Shown here: one piece after another, positions 1-11,418 of the stretch | How the letters are laid out: each line of letters starts with the position of its first letter | Numbering within the stretch: the stretch's first letter is position 1 | NCBI GenBank assembly: GCA_052055015.1 | Contig: JBQJIT010000047.1 | Reading direction: 5' to 3' (one strand) | DNA length: 41,468 nt | Origin: Malassezia furfur | Taxonomy: Eukaryota | Program-made: the position numbers and the translations under genes | Notes under the pieces: generated by a model | Seen by the model: only the letters and a program-made list of their open reading frames with translations | Told to the model about the DNA's origin: nothing | The model's database searches: none

Positions 1-61
1 GCCGCGCACCACACGTATGAAGGAGAACAAGAGCGATGTATAGTAGTAGCCGAAACCTATC

Positions 62-1228
62 CTACCAAGGGCCCACCGAGTACGCCACCACGGGCACCAC
101 CAGGATCCCCACAAAGAACACGACCGACCACACCGAGGCCGTCGTGTACGGCGAGGACCGCGCCGTCACCTTGTCGTCCACGGTCGCGGCACGCGCGCGC
201 GGCGGCAGCGCCACCGTCGCCACGCGCGGCTCGTCCTTATCGCCGCGCCCCTCTTGCCGCGCCTTGGCCTGGTCGAGCATCGCGTGGAAGTCGGCCGGGT
301 CCATGCGCGTGCCGAGGAGTGTATCGAAGTGCACAAAGAAGGGCTGCGAGTAGTTGTAGCGCAGCCCCTGGCGCTGGTGGTGCACGTCGTGGTATTCTGC
401 CGAGTTGGGGAAGAGGAGGTGGATCGGGTGGTAGTACCATGGGAACGCGTACCCACAGTGGTCTGACACCGTTTTGTAGGTCGACAGCATGAAGAAGACC
501 ATCGACTGCCGCAGATTGATCAGGCTCCCGAGCTGCGCCAACGCCGCGCCGGCCGTGTCGAGCAGGAGCCCCTCGAGCGGGTGGTTGTACAATGCGCCAA
601 ACGCGTACGGCACGTACAGGCGGTGGTGGTGCGAGTGCAAATGGCGGTACAGGAAGCGCACCTCGTGCATCAGCCGGTGCAGCGCATACTGCCATGCATC
701 CATGATGAAGCACGCCAGCCAGAACTGCAGCCAGGGCAGGCCCCACCAGTACAGCGCGATGCCCGCGCGCACGAGCAGCAAGTCGGCGGCACGCCCGGCT
801 CCGCCGGGCACCACCAACGCATACGCCGCACGCAGCCAGCTCACGACGCGCAGCACTTCCTCCTCGGGGTGCACATCCGTGCGCCACGCACCAACGCTGG
901 GCGTATCTTCCAGCACGATCAGGCCCAACACGGTCTGGATCGCGTGCTGGAGCAACACCATCTCAATCACCCGGCGCATAGTGACCCGATTGCGCTTCGC
1001 AACCTGTTCCGGCGGGTGCATGCGGAAGCGCTCGCTCCACGCCGGCTGCAGCACATCGAGCGCGTGGTACGCCAGCGACGTCACCCAGTAGATCAGCACC
1101 GGCAGCAGCAGCGACAGGTGCTTGTCCGAGATGGCGCTCCACACCCGCGCCTCCTTCTGGTAGTAGAACGGGAGCGTCTGGCGCACCAACGCTCCCACTT
1201 CCGCGTCGCCCAGCGCTCCTCGCGCCAT
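62..1228 (-). CDS. SUR2: Sphingolipid C4-hydroxylase (fatty acid hydroxylase/sterol desaturase family)
   Basis: C-terminal part of ORF 62..2446, from ATG at 1228 (MARGALGD...). His boxes HRLMH, HSHHH and YHDVHH; LYVPYAFGALYNHP motif; transmembrane segments. Confidence 0.9.
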   Translation of the reverse strand: MARGALGDAEVGALVRQTLPFYYQKEARVWSAISDKHLSLLLPVLIYWVTSLAYHALDVLQPAWSERFRMHPPEQVAKRNRVTMRRVIEMVLLQHAIQTVLGLIVLEDTPSVGAWRTDVHPEEEVLRVVSWLRAAYALVVPGGAGRAADLLLVRAGIALYWWGLPWLQFWLACFIMDAWQYALHRLMHEVRFLYRHLHSHHHRLYVPYAFGALYNHPLEGLLLDTAGAALAQLGSLINLRQSMVFFMLSTYKTVSDHCGYAFPWYYHPIHLLFPNSAEYHDVHHQRQGLRYNYSQPFFVHFDTLLGTRMDPADFHAMLDQAKARQEGRGDKDEPRVATVALPPRARAATVDDKVTARSSPYTTASVWSVVFFVGILVVPVVAYSVGPW

Positions 1229-1300
1229 GTTCGCAGTGGCAAACGCACGTGGCGCAGCGCGGACGCCGTCGCAACGCCACGTGGAGTTGTGCTCACGTCG
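1229..1300. promoter_or_regulatory. 72-bp bidirectional promoter (SUR2/SCJ1) with two CACGTG E-boxes
   Basis: CACGTG at 1246-1251 and 1278-1283 between divergent ATGs. Confidence 0.6.
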
Positions 1301-2458
1301 ATGCTCGCCCTGCTGCGCTGCGCGTGGGCCCTGGCCGTGGTGTGCGCCGTGTGCGTCGCACCGCTCGTCGCGGCCGCCCGCGACTACTACGAGGTGCTGG
1401 GCGTGAAGCGCACCGCGTCTGACCGCGAAATCAAGACGTCGTACCGAAAAATCGCGCGCGCCATTCACCCGGACAAGCACCCGGACAAGGCGGCCGAATT
1501 CATGGAGCTCAGCGAAGCCTACCAGGTCCTCAGCGACCCAGACCTCCGCAGCGTATACGACCACCACGGCGCCGACGCCGCACAGCAGCGCCAGGCCCAA
1601 AACAACAATGGGCAGCGCCCCGGCGATCCCATGGACCTCTTCCGCCAGTTCTTTGGGGGGGGCGCAGGCGCCTCGGACGAGACTCCCAAGGGACCGCGCC
1701 AGACGTACAACGCAGAGCTCGCGCTGAGCGACATCTACGTCGGCCGTGTCTTCACGCTCGAGCACATTCGCCCGGTCGTGTGCCCGGCGTGCTACGGATC
1801 GGGCGCACACTCGCCGCAGGACATTCACACCTGCTCGGCATGCCAAGGGCAGGGCGTGCAGCTCATGCGCCAGCAGCTCATGCCGGGCTTCGCGACCAAC
1901 GTCCAGGTCGCTTGCCCGACGTGCGGCGGCAAGGGCAAGGTCATCAAAAAGGCATGCCGCCGGTGCCGCGGCGACAAAACTGTCATGGAGCGCACCGAAA
2001 TCGACGTGGATGTCGAGGCAGGTGCCCGCGAGGGCGCCGAATACGTCTTTGAGGGCATGGGACAGCAGGCACCGGACATCGACCCGGGTGACGTCGTGGT
2101 CACCATCTCGTCCAAGACGGAGCCGGGCGACTACCGCCGCGCAGGACACAACCTGTACTACACCATGCCCATCTCGCTCCCAGAAGCGCTCTTCGGCTTC
2201 ACCAAGGAAATGCGCCACTACGATGGGCACACATTTACGGTGCGCCGCTCGCAGCCCACACAGCCGCACACCGTCGACCGCATCCCGGGCGAGGGTCTGC
2301 CGATCCCAGAGGCCGAGCGCGACGACGCTCAGGGGCGCACTGCTGGCGACCTGTTTGTTACCTACGAGGTGATTGTTCCGCAGCTCACGGGCAAGCGGCG
2401 CGATGCGGTCATGCGTGCGTTTGGTGTCGAGCACGAGGCGGCCCACGCCGACTTGTGA
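1301..2458 (+). CDS. SCJ1: ER-lumenal type I DnaJ co-chaperone (Scj1-like)
   Basis: ATG at 1301, signal peptide, J-domain with HPD, four CxxCxGxG repeats, C-terminal HADL ER-retention-like signal. Confidence 0.9.
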   Translation: MLALLRCAWALAVVCAVCVAPLVAAARDYYEVLGVKRTASDREIKTSYRKIARAIHPDKHPDKAAEFMELSEAYQVLSDPDLRSVYDHHGADAAQQRQAQNNNGQRPGDPMDLFRQFFGGGAGASDETPKGPRQTYNAELALSDIYVGRVFTLEHIRPVVCPACYGSGAHSPQDIHTCSACQGQGVQLMRQQLMPGFATNVQVACPTCGGKGKVIKKACRRCRGDKTVMERTEIDVDVEAGAREGAEYVFEGMGQQAPDIDPGDVVVTISSKTEPGDYRRAGHNLYYTMPISLPEALFGFTKEMRHYDGHTFTVRRSQPTQPHTVDRIPGEGLPIPEAERDDAQGRTAGDLFVTYEVIVPQLTGKRRDAVMRAFGVEHEAAHADL

Positions 2459-2482
2459 GGGTATATAGAGAGCGGCACCTAG

Positions 2483-4058
2483 CTACCAAGACACGCCCAG
2501 TGCGGCATAGGCGGCCCATACCAGCGCAACGCCGGCGACACATACGTGCATACGCGCGGCGCCTGCGCGCGCCTGCGCGTCCGACGGCGCCAGGTGCAGG
2601 CCGCTGGGCACTTGCTCCACCACGGGCGTCGGCAGCGTCGCAGACTGCGCGTCAGTGTCCAGCAGCTGCTCGGCACTCGACGCGACTGCCGTGGTCAATA
2701 ACGCGTCAGTTTTTGAGTGCGTCGCGATGCTCGTGAGCGGCGTGCGTGTGACGCCCTGCGTGGGCAACTGCGCAAAGCCCACGAGCGGCGGGTTGTAGCT
2801 AAACACGCTGTACACCGTTTTGAGGAACGAGTCGCCCATCACCCATGCAGGTGACGAGGACGACAGATGATCCGCGACAAATACGGCGCCGACACACCGG
2901 CTGCTGTCCGATGAGAGGCTGCCGAGGTTCAGCGTGTCGTTCGTTAGCACCCACGGGCGCTGGTTGAAGACGAGCGTCATGTTGAACTGCACGTCGCACG
3001 GAAAGGTATAATACTGCGCCAAGTCGCCCGAGCCTTGCTCTGCACCAGGCACCGAGTCGTACACCTGGGCGACCAACGCTGCAGGGCCGCCCAGCAACGT
3101 TGTGCCCGTATCGATCGAGGCCGAAGACTGGTTCCCCAGCTCGATCGGCTGACCATTTACCTTGAGTGCATCCATGTCGATGCCCCAGAACCCATTGCCA
3201 TGGGGGCCAAAAGTGTCCAGCACCGCGGACCAGCTGATCTCGCCGCGGAACTGGGTGCGATCAATTTTCCCCAGCGTCCATGTCCCGCCCGGCAGAATGT
3301 CGGTCTGGTTTTGGATGCTGTCGAGGTTGTTTGCGAGTTGGAAGGAAAAGACGGCGTCCTGCATCTTGCCAGTGGATGCCAATACCTCCCAGAATGGCAT
3401 GGTGCGCGACGTACTCAGTGTCTGGAAGCCCAGGCCCATGACGCCCGCCGCGGGCGGCGTCAGCGTGCGATCGCCTAGCCGGTTCGCTCGCGCAAAGGTC
3501 AAGTTCGCGACCTTGTACCCAGCGACTTGCACATCATCGGATACGAGTGTGCCGTCCACCTCGCCCACACCGTACTTGAGGTTGATCGTTGTGGAGCTCA
3601 CACGACTCGTGTTGCTGGCACTCGCATTGTAGCGCTGCAGATCTGAATCACATCCATCCGCGACGAGACACTGTGCATCTGCGAGCCAGAAGTCGGACGA
3701 GCCCGTATCGAGCACGACGTTGTATTCCTGCGCTGGCGTGCCAATGGCCAACCCGGCAAAATAGAAGCTGCGTGAGTGCATATGCATACCTGTCTGGGCC
3801 GTAATCGGCCAGGGAGGCCGTCTGACGCTCTTCATGCACATGCTCTTGTGCAGGTGCGTACCGCTCTCTCACACGCGTGGCCTCACGCCGAGCCCACGCA
3901 ACGAGCGCTTCGCCCTGCAGGCCATTGCGTGGATGCAAAGATCGACGATTGAGCCAGAGGGAGAGCGTCGTGTGGTTCTTGTCGGATACGGGTGTACCCT
4001 GCGCCATGACCAGCGCTAGCAGCGGCGCAAAGTACCACACCCATCCCCCAAGATGCAT
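2483..4058 (-). CDS. Secreted, probably GPI-anchored pepsin-family aspartyl protease, copy 1 (intron 3768-3789, 22 nt)
   Basis: Signal peptide and propeptide in ORF 3648..4058 join ORF 2483..3841 through GTATGC...CTCACGCAG; spliced length 518 codons. DTGS and DTGT catalytic motifs; hydrophobic C-terminus. Confidence 0.9.
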
Positions 4059-4279
4059 GGTACGAGCTGACAGTCGAGATCCCTCACGGATTCAGGGGTA
4101 TCCGATCCGCTCGGGGGTGCCGCCTCCGCGCGCAGTTACCTCCACCACCGATGTTTTGATTGGGTCCACCTGCATATTGTGGAGATGAGTGTTTATGCCA
4201 GGCGTCGGCGACCGTGCGCGGAGACAAAGGCCCCGGGCGGTGCTCGCACGCAACTACGAACAATGCACAAGTCAACGTC

Positions 4280-5941
4280 TTACAAAACAAAGGCGGCGGT
4301 CACCGTCGCAATGACCGCCGAGTACAGCACCAAATAGACACTGTAGGGCACCTGTACACCGTTGTCCTGGTTGCCGCCCAACCCGTAGGAGCGGAGCGAC
4401 GCGAGTGACTGGAAACCGGTCGGCACGCTTACGAGCGACGGTGTGGGCAGGCCGTTCCCGCCCAGCAAGCCCGTCTGTCGCGAGTGCACGGACGAGCTCG
4501 AAGTGAGCAGCGCACTGCTCGTGACACTGCCACCTCCCGCGAGCGACGTCGAGGCATCCGAGAAAGTCTCGCCCGACGTGATCGACGTCATCGGTAACGT
4601 CGACGCACCACCGGACGGCAGCGATGCAAAACCAACACGCTCTGGATTCCAACTGTACACGGAAAACACGGTGCGCAAAAACGTGTCGCCCAGAATCCAC
4701 GCAGGCATCGCCGAGTTCTGCGACTGCGGCGCGTCAAAGAGCGAGCTGATGCACATGTTGCTCCGGCTCGACAGGCGGCCCAGGTTCAGGTTTTCGTTGT
4801 CAAGCGTGAACTCTTTGCCGCCAAACGTCATCTTCAGCGTAAAGGGTTGCGTGCAGGGGTACATATAGTACCCCGAGCCGCCAAGCAGGTACGACGGCGC
4901 GGAGCGGACGCCGGGGATCTGGCTGTAGATCTGACGCAGGATGGACTGGGGGCCACCGATCAGCGTCGTGCCTGTGTCCACTGCGACGATGTTCTGCTGG
5001 TCGAGCTCGATTGTCTCGCCGTTCGCAACGAGTTTGTCCATGGTGATCGCCCAGTAGCCAATTCCCTGAGACCCGTACCCTTCAGTCAGGTCGACCCATG
5101 CAATGTCTCCTGTGTACTGCCGGTCGTCCAACACACCCAACGAAAACACACCACCAGGCACCACCTTGCTGGCCGAATCGCTCGAATCGGCCGACGCCAG
5201 CTGGAAGGAGAAGACGGGGTCCTTGACCTTGCCCTGGAGCGCGACCACCTCCCAGAACGGCGTACTCTCGCTCGAGGAAAGCGACTCAAAGCCCATGCCC
5301 ATCAGGCCGGACGCCGGCGGCTGGATGGTGCTTCCAGTCAACTGGCTCACGCGTCCAAATGTCAAACCATCCACCTGGTATTCGGCCATCGTCACGTCGT
5401 CGGCGCCCAACTTGCCAGACACCGTATTGGTGCCGTCGCCATAGGGCGTCAAAAAGGTGCGGTCGCTGCTGTTGAACGTCGAGCTTTTGGACGGGTCGTA
5501 AAGCGTCATCGACTCCGAGCAGCCCGTCAACTCCGAGCAGGACGCGTCGGCGATCCAAAAGTCGGACGATCCCGTGTCCATCAGCACATTCACGGTTGTC
5601 GACGGCGTGCCGATGCCGATCGGCATAAAGTAGAAGCTGTTCTGGCCATAGTTGCCGATGCCGACCAGCTGACGCGCGTGCTTCTTCGCATTCTTGTGCT
5701 TCCGCGTGCTGTTGTACTTGGCATTGAGAGCGTTGCGCTCGCGGTCCATCCACTGCACAAATGCATCACCTTCCAGGTTGCCGTTGCGCGGGTGGAGCGC
5801 CTCGCTGTTGCTGCGGATCGGCACCTGAATTCCGGTGCCCTCTGCACGATGTGCGCTCGGCGTGGGCGTCGGCTCCGCATTGGCAAACTGGCAAAGCAGC
5901 ACGGCCGCGCAAACGGCGCGTCCTACAAGTCCCGTCAGCAT
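4280..5941 (-). CDS. Secreted, probably GPI-anchored aspartyl protease, copy 2
   Basis: ATG at 5941 (MLTGLVGRAVCAAVLL), DTGSSD and DTGTT motifs, Ser/Thr-rich stalk, hydrophobic tail. Confidence 0.92.
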   Translation of the reverse strand: MLTGLVGRAVCAAVLLCQFANAEPTPTPSAHRAEGTGIQVPIRSNSEALHPRNGNLEGDAFVQWMDRERNALNAKYNSTRKHKNAKKHARQLVGIGNYGQNSFYFMPIGIGTPSTTVNVLMDTGSSDFWIADASCSELTGCSESMTLYDPSKSSTFNSSDRTFLTPYGDGTNTVSGKLGADDVTMAEYQVDGLTFGRVSQLTGSTIQPPASGLMGMGFESLSSSESTPFWEVVALQGKVKDPVFSFQLASADSSDSASKVVPGGVFSLGVLDDRQYTGDIAWVDLTEGYGSQGIGYWAITMDKLVANGETIELDQQNIVAVDTGTTLIGGPQSILRQIYSQIPGVRSAPSYLLGGSGYYMYPCTQPFTLKMTFGGKEFTLDNENLNLGRLSSRSNMCISSLFDAPQSQNSAMPAWILGDTFLRTVFSVYSWNPERVGFASLPSGGASTLPMTSITSGETFSDASTSLAGGGSVTSSALLTSSSSVHSRQTGLLGGNGLPTPSLVSVPTGFQSLASLRSYGLGGNQDNGVQVPYSVYLVLYSAVIATVTAAFVL

Positions 5942-6320
5942 CCAGGATCTTAAGACGGCCTGGCACGATCTAGTCGGAGCCAAAAAACAAGGTGGGTTGT
6001 GCACCTGCACTGCCGCGGAGGAAAGCGCACCCCGATGCCCACACCACGTGGCCCTCCACGCTGCTGAAGGCGCGAAGCACATAGCCATGCTTCGCAGCAC
6101 ACACCCACACGTTCAGTCTGCGACGAGGATTCCTTGACGGTGTCTATGCTGTATCTGTAGCTACGCTCGCCGTAGGCTTGTACAAAGCGCATGCGGTCTC
6201 CACAAGACATGGGGTGCACAATGCTTTTATTCCATTTTTCTTTGCGCAAGAGAGTACGGCACACAAGTTCCGATAGTGAGGCGAATGTACCGCTACACAA
6301 TGCACTTAAGTTGCACACAT

Positions 6321-6683
6321 TTAACCAAACATGCCGCCGGTCGAGCCGCCGCCCATGCCGGCCGACTGGCCGATGGCCTGCATCTGCTCGCCGACCTTCG
6401 CGTTCACGGCGAAGAACTTGGCGACGCAACTGAGGGGTGAGTACGACACACATACCGGTCGAGACAAACGCTCTCGCCCTTGTTGAGGTCGGGCTCAGCG
6501 TAGCGCGTGTTGATGCACTTGGTATGACACGCGTCGACCAGACGGTTGAAGACGTCCGTGATCATGTCGAGCTGCACATGTCAGTTTCACACATGGCCTA
6601 CACACTTCGGCAGTTGCGGCCTCGATCTGCGCCGAGTTTGCCGCGGCGGGCTGGCTACTTCCACCACCTCCGAAAAGCGGCAT
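6321..6683 (-). CDS. TIM10: Mitochondrial small TIM chaperone Tim10 (introns 6572-6605 and 6430-6455)
   Basis: Spliced product ...[25 protein letters not shown]...KGESVCLDRCVAKFF...; twin CX3C motif; 101 codons after removing 34-nt and 26-nt introns. Confidence 0.9.
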
Positions 6684-6848
6684 CTTGCTGTACGAAAACC
6701 AAGAGGCGTCGCCGACGACGAAGCGCTGACTAATCCTTGCCCGGGGGGCGCCGCGCCGCGAGCAGCGGATGGTGATCGGCGTAGAGCGTGTTCAACAAGG
6801 GAGGTCCATTTGGATTGTCTATGTCATAGTACAGAAAGTGTTTCTTGT

Positions 6849-8588
6849 TTACAATGCGAAGCACGCAACGAGCGTCGCGGCAACGAGCGAAATGAGCATG
6901 ACCGGTACACCGCCAGTCCTGCTCTGCGCGCTGTTGCCTCCTCCGAAAATTGAAAAGATGCCACCTCCGTCGCCCCCCAACTCGCTCGTGAGGCTCGCCC
7001 ACTGCGCGCTGTTGCGCACCGTAACTTGAGATACGCCGCCGCCAACGCCGCCATTCCAACCAGTCGGCAGCGAGCTGGGCGCACTCAACTTCTGCATCCC
7101 ACTGGGAACATCGATCAGCGTCGGCGTAGGAAGACCCTCGCCGCCCACGACGCCCGTCAACTGCATGCGTGAGCGCGACATGGGCTCTGAAATGCCACCG
7201 CCACCGCCGTTCGAGGCCGCTGCACTCGCGACCGTGTTTCCGCCGCTCGTCTCAGTGAGCGCCAGCGTCCGGGGGCCGTTCGATGGGAGCGACGCAAACC
7301 CGACGCGCTGCGGTTGCCAGCTGTACACCGAATACACCTTGCTCAAGAACGTGTCACCCAGAATCCATCCCGGTGTTGCTGATCCGGCCGGCGAATCGAC
7401 GACAAACAGTGCGCCGCCACACGTCTCGCGGCCCATGTCGACCTGGCCGATATTAATGTCGTCCTGGTTGAGCGTAAAAGCCTTGCCGCCGAACGTGAAC
7501 GCAATCTCAAACTTTTGCGAGCACGGGAACACATAGTAGCCCTGACCGCCAAACGTCGACGACGACGCAGGCTCTGCGTTCGGGATCTGGGCATAGACGG
7601 CCTCGACCACCGACTCAGGCGCGCCGATGAGCGTTGTGCCGGTGTCGACGGCGACAAGGTTGTGCTGTCCAAGGTTGATGTTTTGGCCATTGACTGAGAG
7701 TGCATCCATCTTGATACCCCAGTAGCCAATGCCCTTGGAGCCGTAGCGGCTATCGAGGTCAATCCACGTTATGTCGCCGGAGTACTGCTGGTCGTCGAGG
7801 TTGCCAAGCGTGAACACGCCACCGGCGGTCACTTGACCGGCCGACGAGTAGTCCGTGTTGTCCGTGAGCTCGAACGAGAACACGGGGTCCTTGAGCTTGC
7901 CTTCGATCGCGACCACCTGCCAAAACGGCGTTGAGCCACTGCTCGAGAGCGACTCAAAGCCCATGCCCATAATCCCCGACGCGGGCGGCTGGATCGTGCC
8001 CGAGGCAAGCTGCGTGGCAATGCCAAAGTTGAGCCCCGAGATCTTGTAGCCGGCCAGCGAGACATTGTCGGCACCCATCGAGCCACGGACACCGCCCTGG
8101 CCGTACGGTACCTCAAACTGCTGCTCGCTGCTCTGGTATGTCGAGCTGTCGGACGGCTCAAAGAGGTTCATGTTGTCGCATCCCGAGCACGACGTGCTCG
8201 CGATCCAAAAGTCGGCCGACCCCGTGTCGAGCACCACATTGTACGTCTTCTCGGGCGTCCCGAGACCGATCTGCGAAAAGTAGAAGCCACCGAGGTTCAC
8301 GCTGCCGAGCGGCGCAGCCTGGCGCGCGTGCATCTTGTTGCGGTTATTGCCCCGGTTCTTGTTGCCATGCTTCGAGTACTTGTTGGTCACATGCGTGCGC
8401 TCGCGCTGCATCCACTGCAATAACGCGTCGCCTTGCAAGTTCTTGTTACGTGGGTGCGGCAAATCCCGGTCGACCAGGATCGGCAGGCGAATCCCTGGCG
8501 AGGTGGTAGGCGCAGCAGATTGCGTGGGCGACGGCGCGGCGATGCCACTCGCAACCAAAGAAGCCAGCACGAGTAGGAGGCACCGCAT
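6849..8588 (-). CDS. Secreted, probably GPI-anchored aspartyl protease, copy 3
   Basis: ATG at 8588 (MRCLLLVLAS), DTGSAD and DTGTT motifs, Gly/Ser-rich stalk, hydrophobic tail. Confidence 0.92.
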   Translation of the reverse strand: MRCLLLVLASLVASGIAAPSPTQSAAPTTSPGIRLPILVDRDLPHPRNKNLQGDALLQWMQRERTHVTNKYSKHGNKNRGNNRNKMHARQAAPLGSVNLGGFYFSQIGLGTPEKTYNVVLDTGSADFWIASTSCSGCDNMNLFEPSDSSTYQSSEQQFEVPYGQGGVRGSMGADNVSLAGYKISGLNFGIATQLASGTIQPPASGIMGMGFESLSSSGSTPFWQVVAIEGKLKDPVFSFELTDNTDYSSAGQVTAGGVFTLGNLDDQQYSGDITWIDLDSRYGSKGIGYWGIKMDALSVNGQNINLGQHNLVAVDTGTTLIGAPESVVEAVYAQIPNAEPASSSTFGGQGYYVFPCSQKFEIAFTFGGKAFTLNQDDINIGQVDMGRETCGGALFVVDSPAGSATPGWILGDTFLSKVYSVYSWQPQRVGFASLPSNGPRTLALTETSGGNTVASAAASNGGGGGISEPMSRSRMQLTGVVGGEGLPTPTLIDVPSGMQKLSAPSSLPTGWNGGVGGGVSQVTVRNSAQWASLTSELGGDGGGIFSIFGGGNSAQSRTGGVPVMLISLVAATLVACFAL

Positions 8589-8752
8589 GCTGTCGGGATG
8601 GCGGTTGAGGGCAGCGCAACGCCAAGACTTCGCACGCAAAAGGGCCCCCTGGCAGCCCACGTGGCATTGTCAGGGGTTGAGCTCCGCGAGGACGGCATCC
8701 CTGTTATGACTAAGCACAGAGTAGTGAGGGGTGGCGCAGCTACGCCGTCAAC

Positions 8753-10347
8753 CTAGCATACAAGAGCATAAGCAATCAATGCCATGGCCAGCAGCGTAGC
8801 TTGCACAATCGGCACACGTCCCATCTGATGCGGGGCATCATTTTGACTGCCAGAGGCTGTCGAGGTGCCAGAGGGAAGCGAACTGGGTACACTGAGCTTG
8901 CCCATCCCACTGGGCACCTCGGCGAGCGCCGGCGTCGGCAGCGAGCGTGGCCCTGATTCCGACATACTCCCATTGCCTCCATTCGCTGTCGTTGCACCTG
9001 AAGTTGCTCTGTGACTTTGTGTGGAGCTCAGCGCAAGCGTCTTGGGGCCATTTTTGGGGAGCGACGCAAACCCAACGCGTTGTGGCTCCCAGCTGAACAC
9101 GGAAAACACCTCGCTCAAAAAGACGTCGCCCAAAATCCACGCGTTCGTTTGGTTGTCTGTCGGGTACACCACCGACGCAAATCCGCTGACACACGTTGAG
9201 GTGGTCTTATTGAAAGAGCCAATGTTGAGCTGGTCCTGGTTCAGTGTGAATGCACGGCCCCCAAACGTGAAGGCCACCTCAAACTGCTCTGAGCAGGGGA
9301 ATACATAATACGTGGCAAAATCGTCATCCCGCTTCTCGCCCTCCGCCGAGGATGCCAGCGTGGAATTGGGGATCTGTTCATGAAACGCCTTGGCGACTGC
9401 TGGAGGGGCACCAATGAGCGACGTGCCGGTATCAACCAGGACTAAGTTGTTCGAACCCAATGGGACGTCTGAACCATCGAGAGAAAGTGCATCCATCTTG
9501 ATACCCCAGAACCCTTTGCCCTTGGAATCGTAACGACTGTCCAGGTCCATCCACGTAATCTCGCCAGAATACTGCTGGCTATCGAGAGTGCCGAGCGTGA
9601 ACACACCACCTGGGACCATCTCATTCGCCTGCGACTGGTTTGTATTGACCTTGAGCTCGAATGAAAACACGGGATCTTGAACCTTGCCCTCAGCCGCCAC
9701 GACCTGCCAAAACGGTGTCACATGGTTGTCCGAAAGCGATTCAAAGGCTAGGCCCATAATTCCGGATGTGAGCGATGTATCATTCCTCGTTCCTGGTACA
9801 ACGCAAAAGTTCAAACCAGCGACCTTATAATTCGCTAACGAGACATTGTCGGCGGCCATCTACCTTGGTTGCCGAGGTACGTAATTCTCGTCGTACGATT
9901 GCTCGGCTAATATGTCGAACTTTTTGACGGATCAAAAAGTTTCACGGTGCAATCCGTGCAAGGTCGAGTCTCGACCCAGAAATCGGCGGAGCCGGAATCG
10001 AGCATTACGTTGTAAAGCTCCTCTGGCGTTCCGATGCCGACTTGCGCATAATATCGCCCACTAAGGACTATATTTCCAAGCGGCGCCGTTTGGCGTGCAC
10101 GCAATTTTGCCTCCCCTTTGTTATGATATTTGGCATACTTCCTGTGTAAATAGTTACGTTCGTTCTCCATCCATTGCCGTAAGGCCTCGCCTTGCAGGTT
10201 CTTGTTGCGCGGATGCGGCACTTCCCGATCAAACAGGATCGGTAGGCGGATACCTGGTGATTCAGATGGATTGGCAGACTGTGCCACGGATGACACAGCA
10301 ACGACGTTCGCGATCAGAGAAATCAGCACGATCAGAGAGTACTTCAT
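8753..10347 (-). pseudogene. Aspartyl protease copy 4, disrupted by an in-frame TAG (9907-9909) and a frameshift near 9860
   Basis: ORF 9907..10347 (signal peptide, DSGSAD) and ORF 8753..9859 (DTGTS, GPI-like tail) are two halves of a close paralog of copy 3. The total span is not a multiple of 3, and I found no intron that repairs both lesions while keeping conserved residues. Confidence 0.75.
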
Positions 10348-10790
10348 TTAAGGATAATTAACGTTGCGGGGTAGCTTAGTGCCAAGGCTTGGCATGGGAA
10401 TTCCCTCACGAGGACAGCACGTGGCAATGGAGGCGCGTATCATTCAGGGCGTCGTGGTCGGGATCGATCTGCGCGAAGCTATGCACACGTTTGGCCGCAC
10501 GGCAAAGAGCACAAGACATAACAACACACAGGGAAATACGCCATACTATTCACCAGAGCACACATATCACAAACAGAATGACAAATGCATTGATAAGTCT
10601 AATATATTTTGGTGGACCCATTGACGGCTAAGAGCGCCAGCTCGACGCGATAGCAAAGGCAAAAAGGGGTAATTCGCGTGCCATCAAAAGGCAGTCAATC
10701 TGATGGGACAATGCAAGCAAAAAGCTCGCGCCCAGTCAGAACCAGAGTACAGCGGCTCTCGGTAGGGACCACGCAGCTACGCGGGTACAT

Positions 10791-11222
10791 TTACTCGCGG
10801 CGACCGAAGCGGGGGCGGAAGTCGCCGCTCGGCGCACCGTCCTTCTTGTCACCGTCATCGCGGCGGCGGTACTCGCGGTCACCGCCAGCGCGGCCACCAC
10901 GGAAGCCGTCGCGCTCGCCAACAACGGCGCGCTGGGGACGAGCGGGGCGCTTGTGGGTCATCGGCACAATCTCCGAAGGGAGGTGCAGGTACTCGCGGAG
11001 GTACTCAAGGCCCTCATCCGTGAGCACGTAGTAGTACCACTGCCAGTTGAACTGGGTGTGCACGAAGCCCTTCGAGTTGAGCGACTGCATGGCCTTCACA
11101 ACCTCGAGGTTGGGCACATCCAGGTTCGGGTGCTTCACCTCAAAGTTCTTGGGGGCGACAAGCACACCCTCCTGGAACAGGGCAGTGTAGATCGTGCGGC
11201 GGTTCTCCTTCGAAATGATCAT
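10791..11222 (-). CDS. RPS10: 40S ribosomal protein S10 (eS10)
   Basis: [12 protein letters not shown]...[36 protein letters not shown], a typical eS10 sequence. Confidence 0.95.
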   Translation of the reverse strand: MIISKENRRTIYTALFQEGVLVAPKNFEVKHPNLDVPNLEVVKAMQSLNSKGFVHTQFNWQWYYYVLTDEGLEYLREYLHLPSEIVPMTHKRPARPQRAVVGERDGFRGGRAGGDREYRRRDDGDKKDGAPSGDFRPRFGRRE

Positions 11223-11418
11223 GGTTGACGAGCACACGTTGGTTGCAGGGCCAGCCGGCCGTGGCCGCATCTTCGCTTCGAGAAATGATCACGTGATGTA
11301 TTCTAGTTTTGATCTTCACGTGAGCAGGTCTCCCCTTCTGCGCCCGCGGCGGCTCGTCTGTCTCTCACAAACGAACGGTAGGTCGCGTGCAGTGGCAAGG
11401 ACGCTAACCGTTAGCAAC
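11223..11418. promoter_or_regulatory. RPS10/RPS30 bidirectional promoter with two TCACGTGA palindromes
   Basis: CACGTG at 11290-11295 and 11317-11322 between divergent ribosomal-protein genes. Confidence 0.65.

Noticed and set aside
62..2458. Apparent long overlap of a 794-aa minus ORF and a 625-aa plus ORF
   Set aside because: The extensions are shadow frames. Recognisable SUR2 and SCJ1 sequence begins at 1228 and 1301, so the genes do not overlap.
9860..9945. An intron that could rescue protease copy 4
   Set aside because: The 22-nt GTCAAA...TAG candidate leaves the wrong frame. The only phase-compatible donor would delete the conserved FDPSKSSTY and flap residues and lacks the local branch-point consensus.
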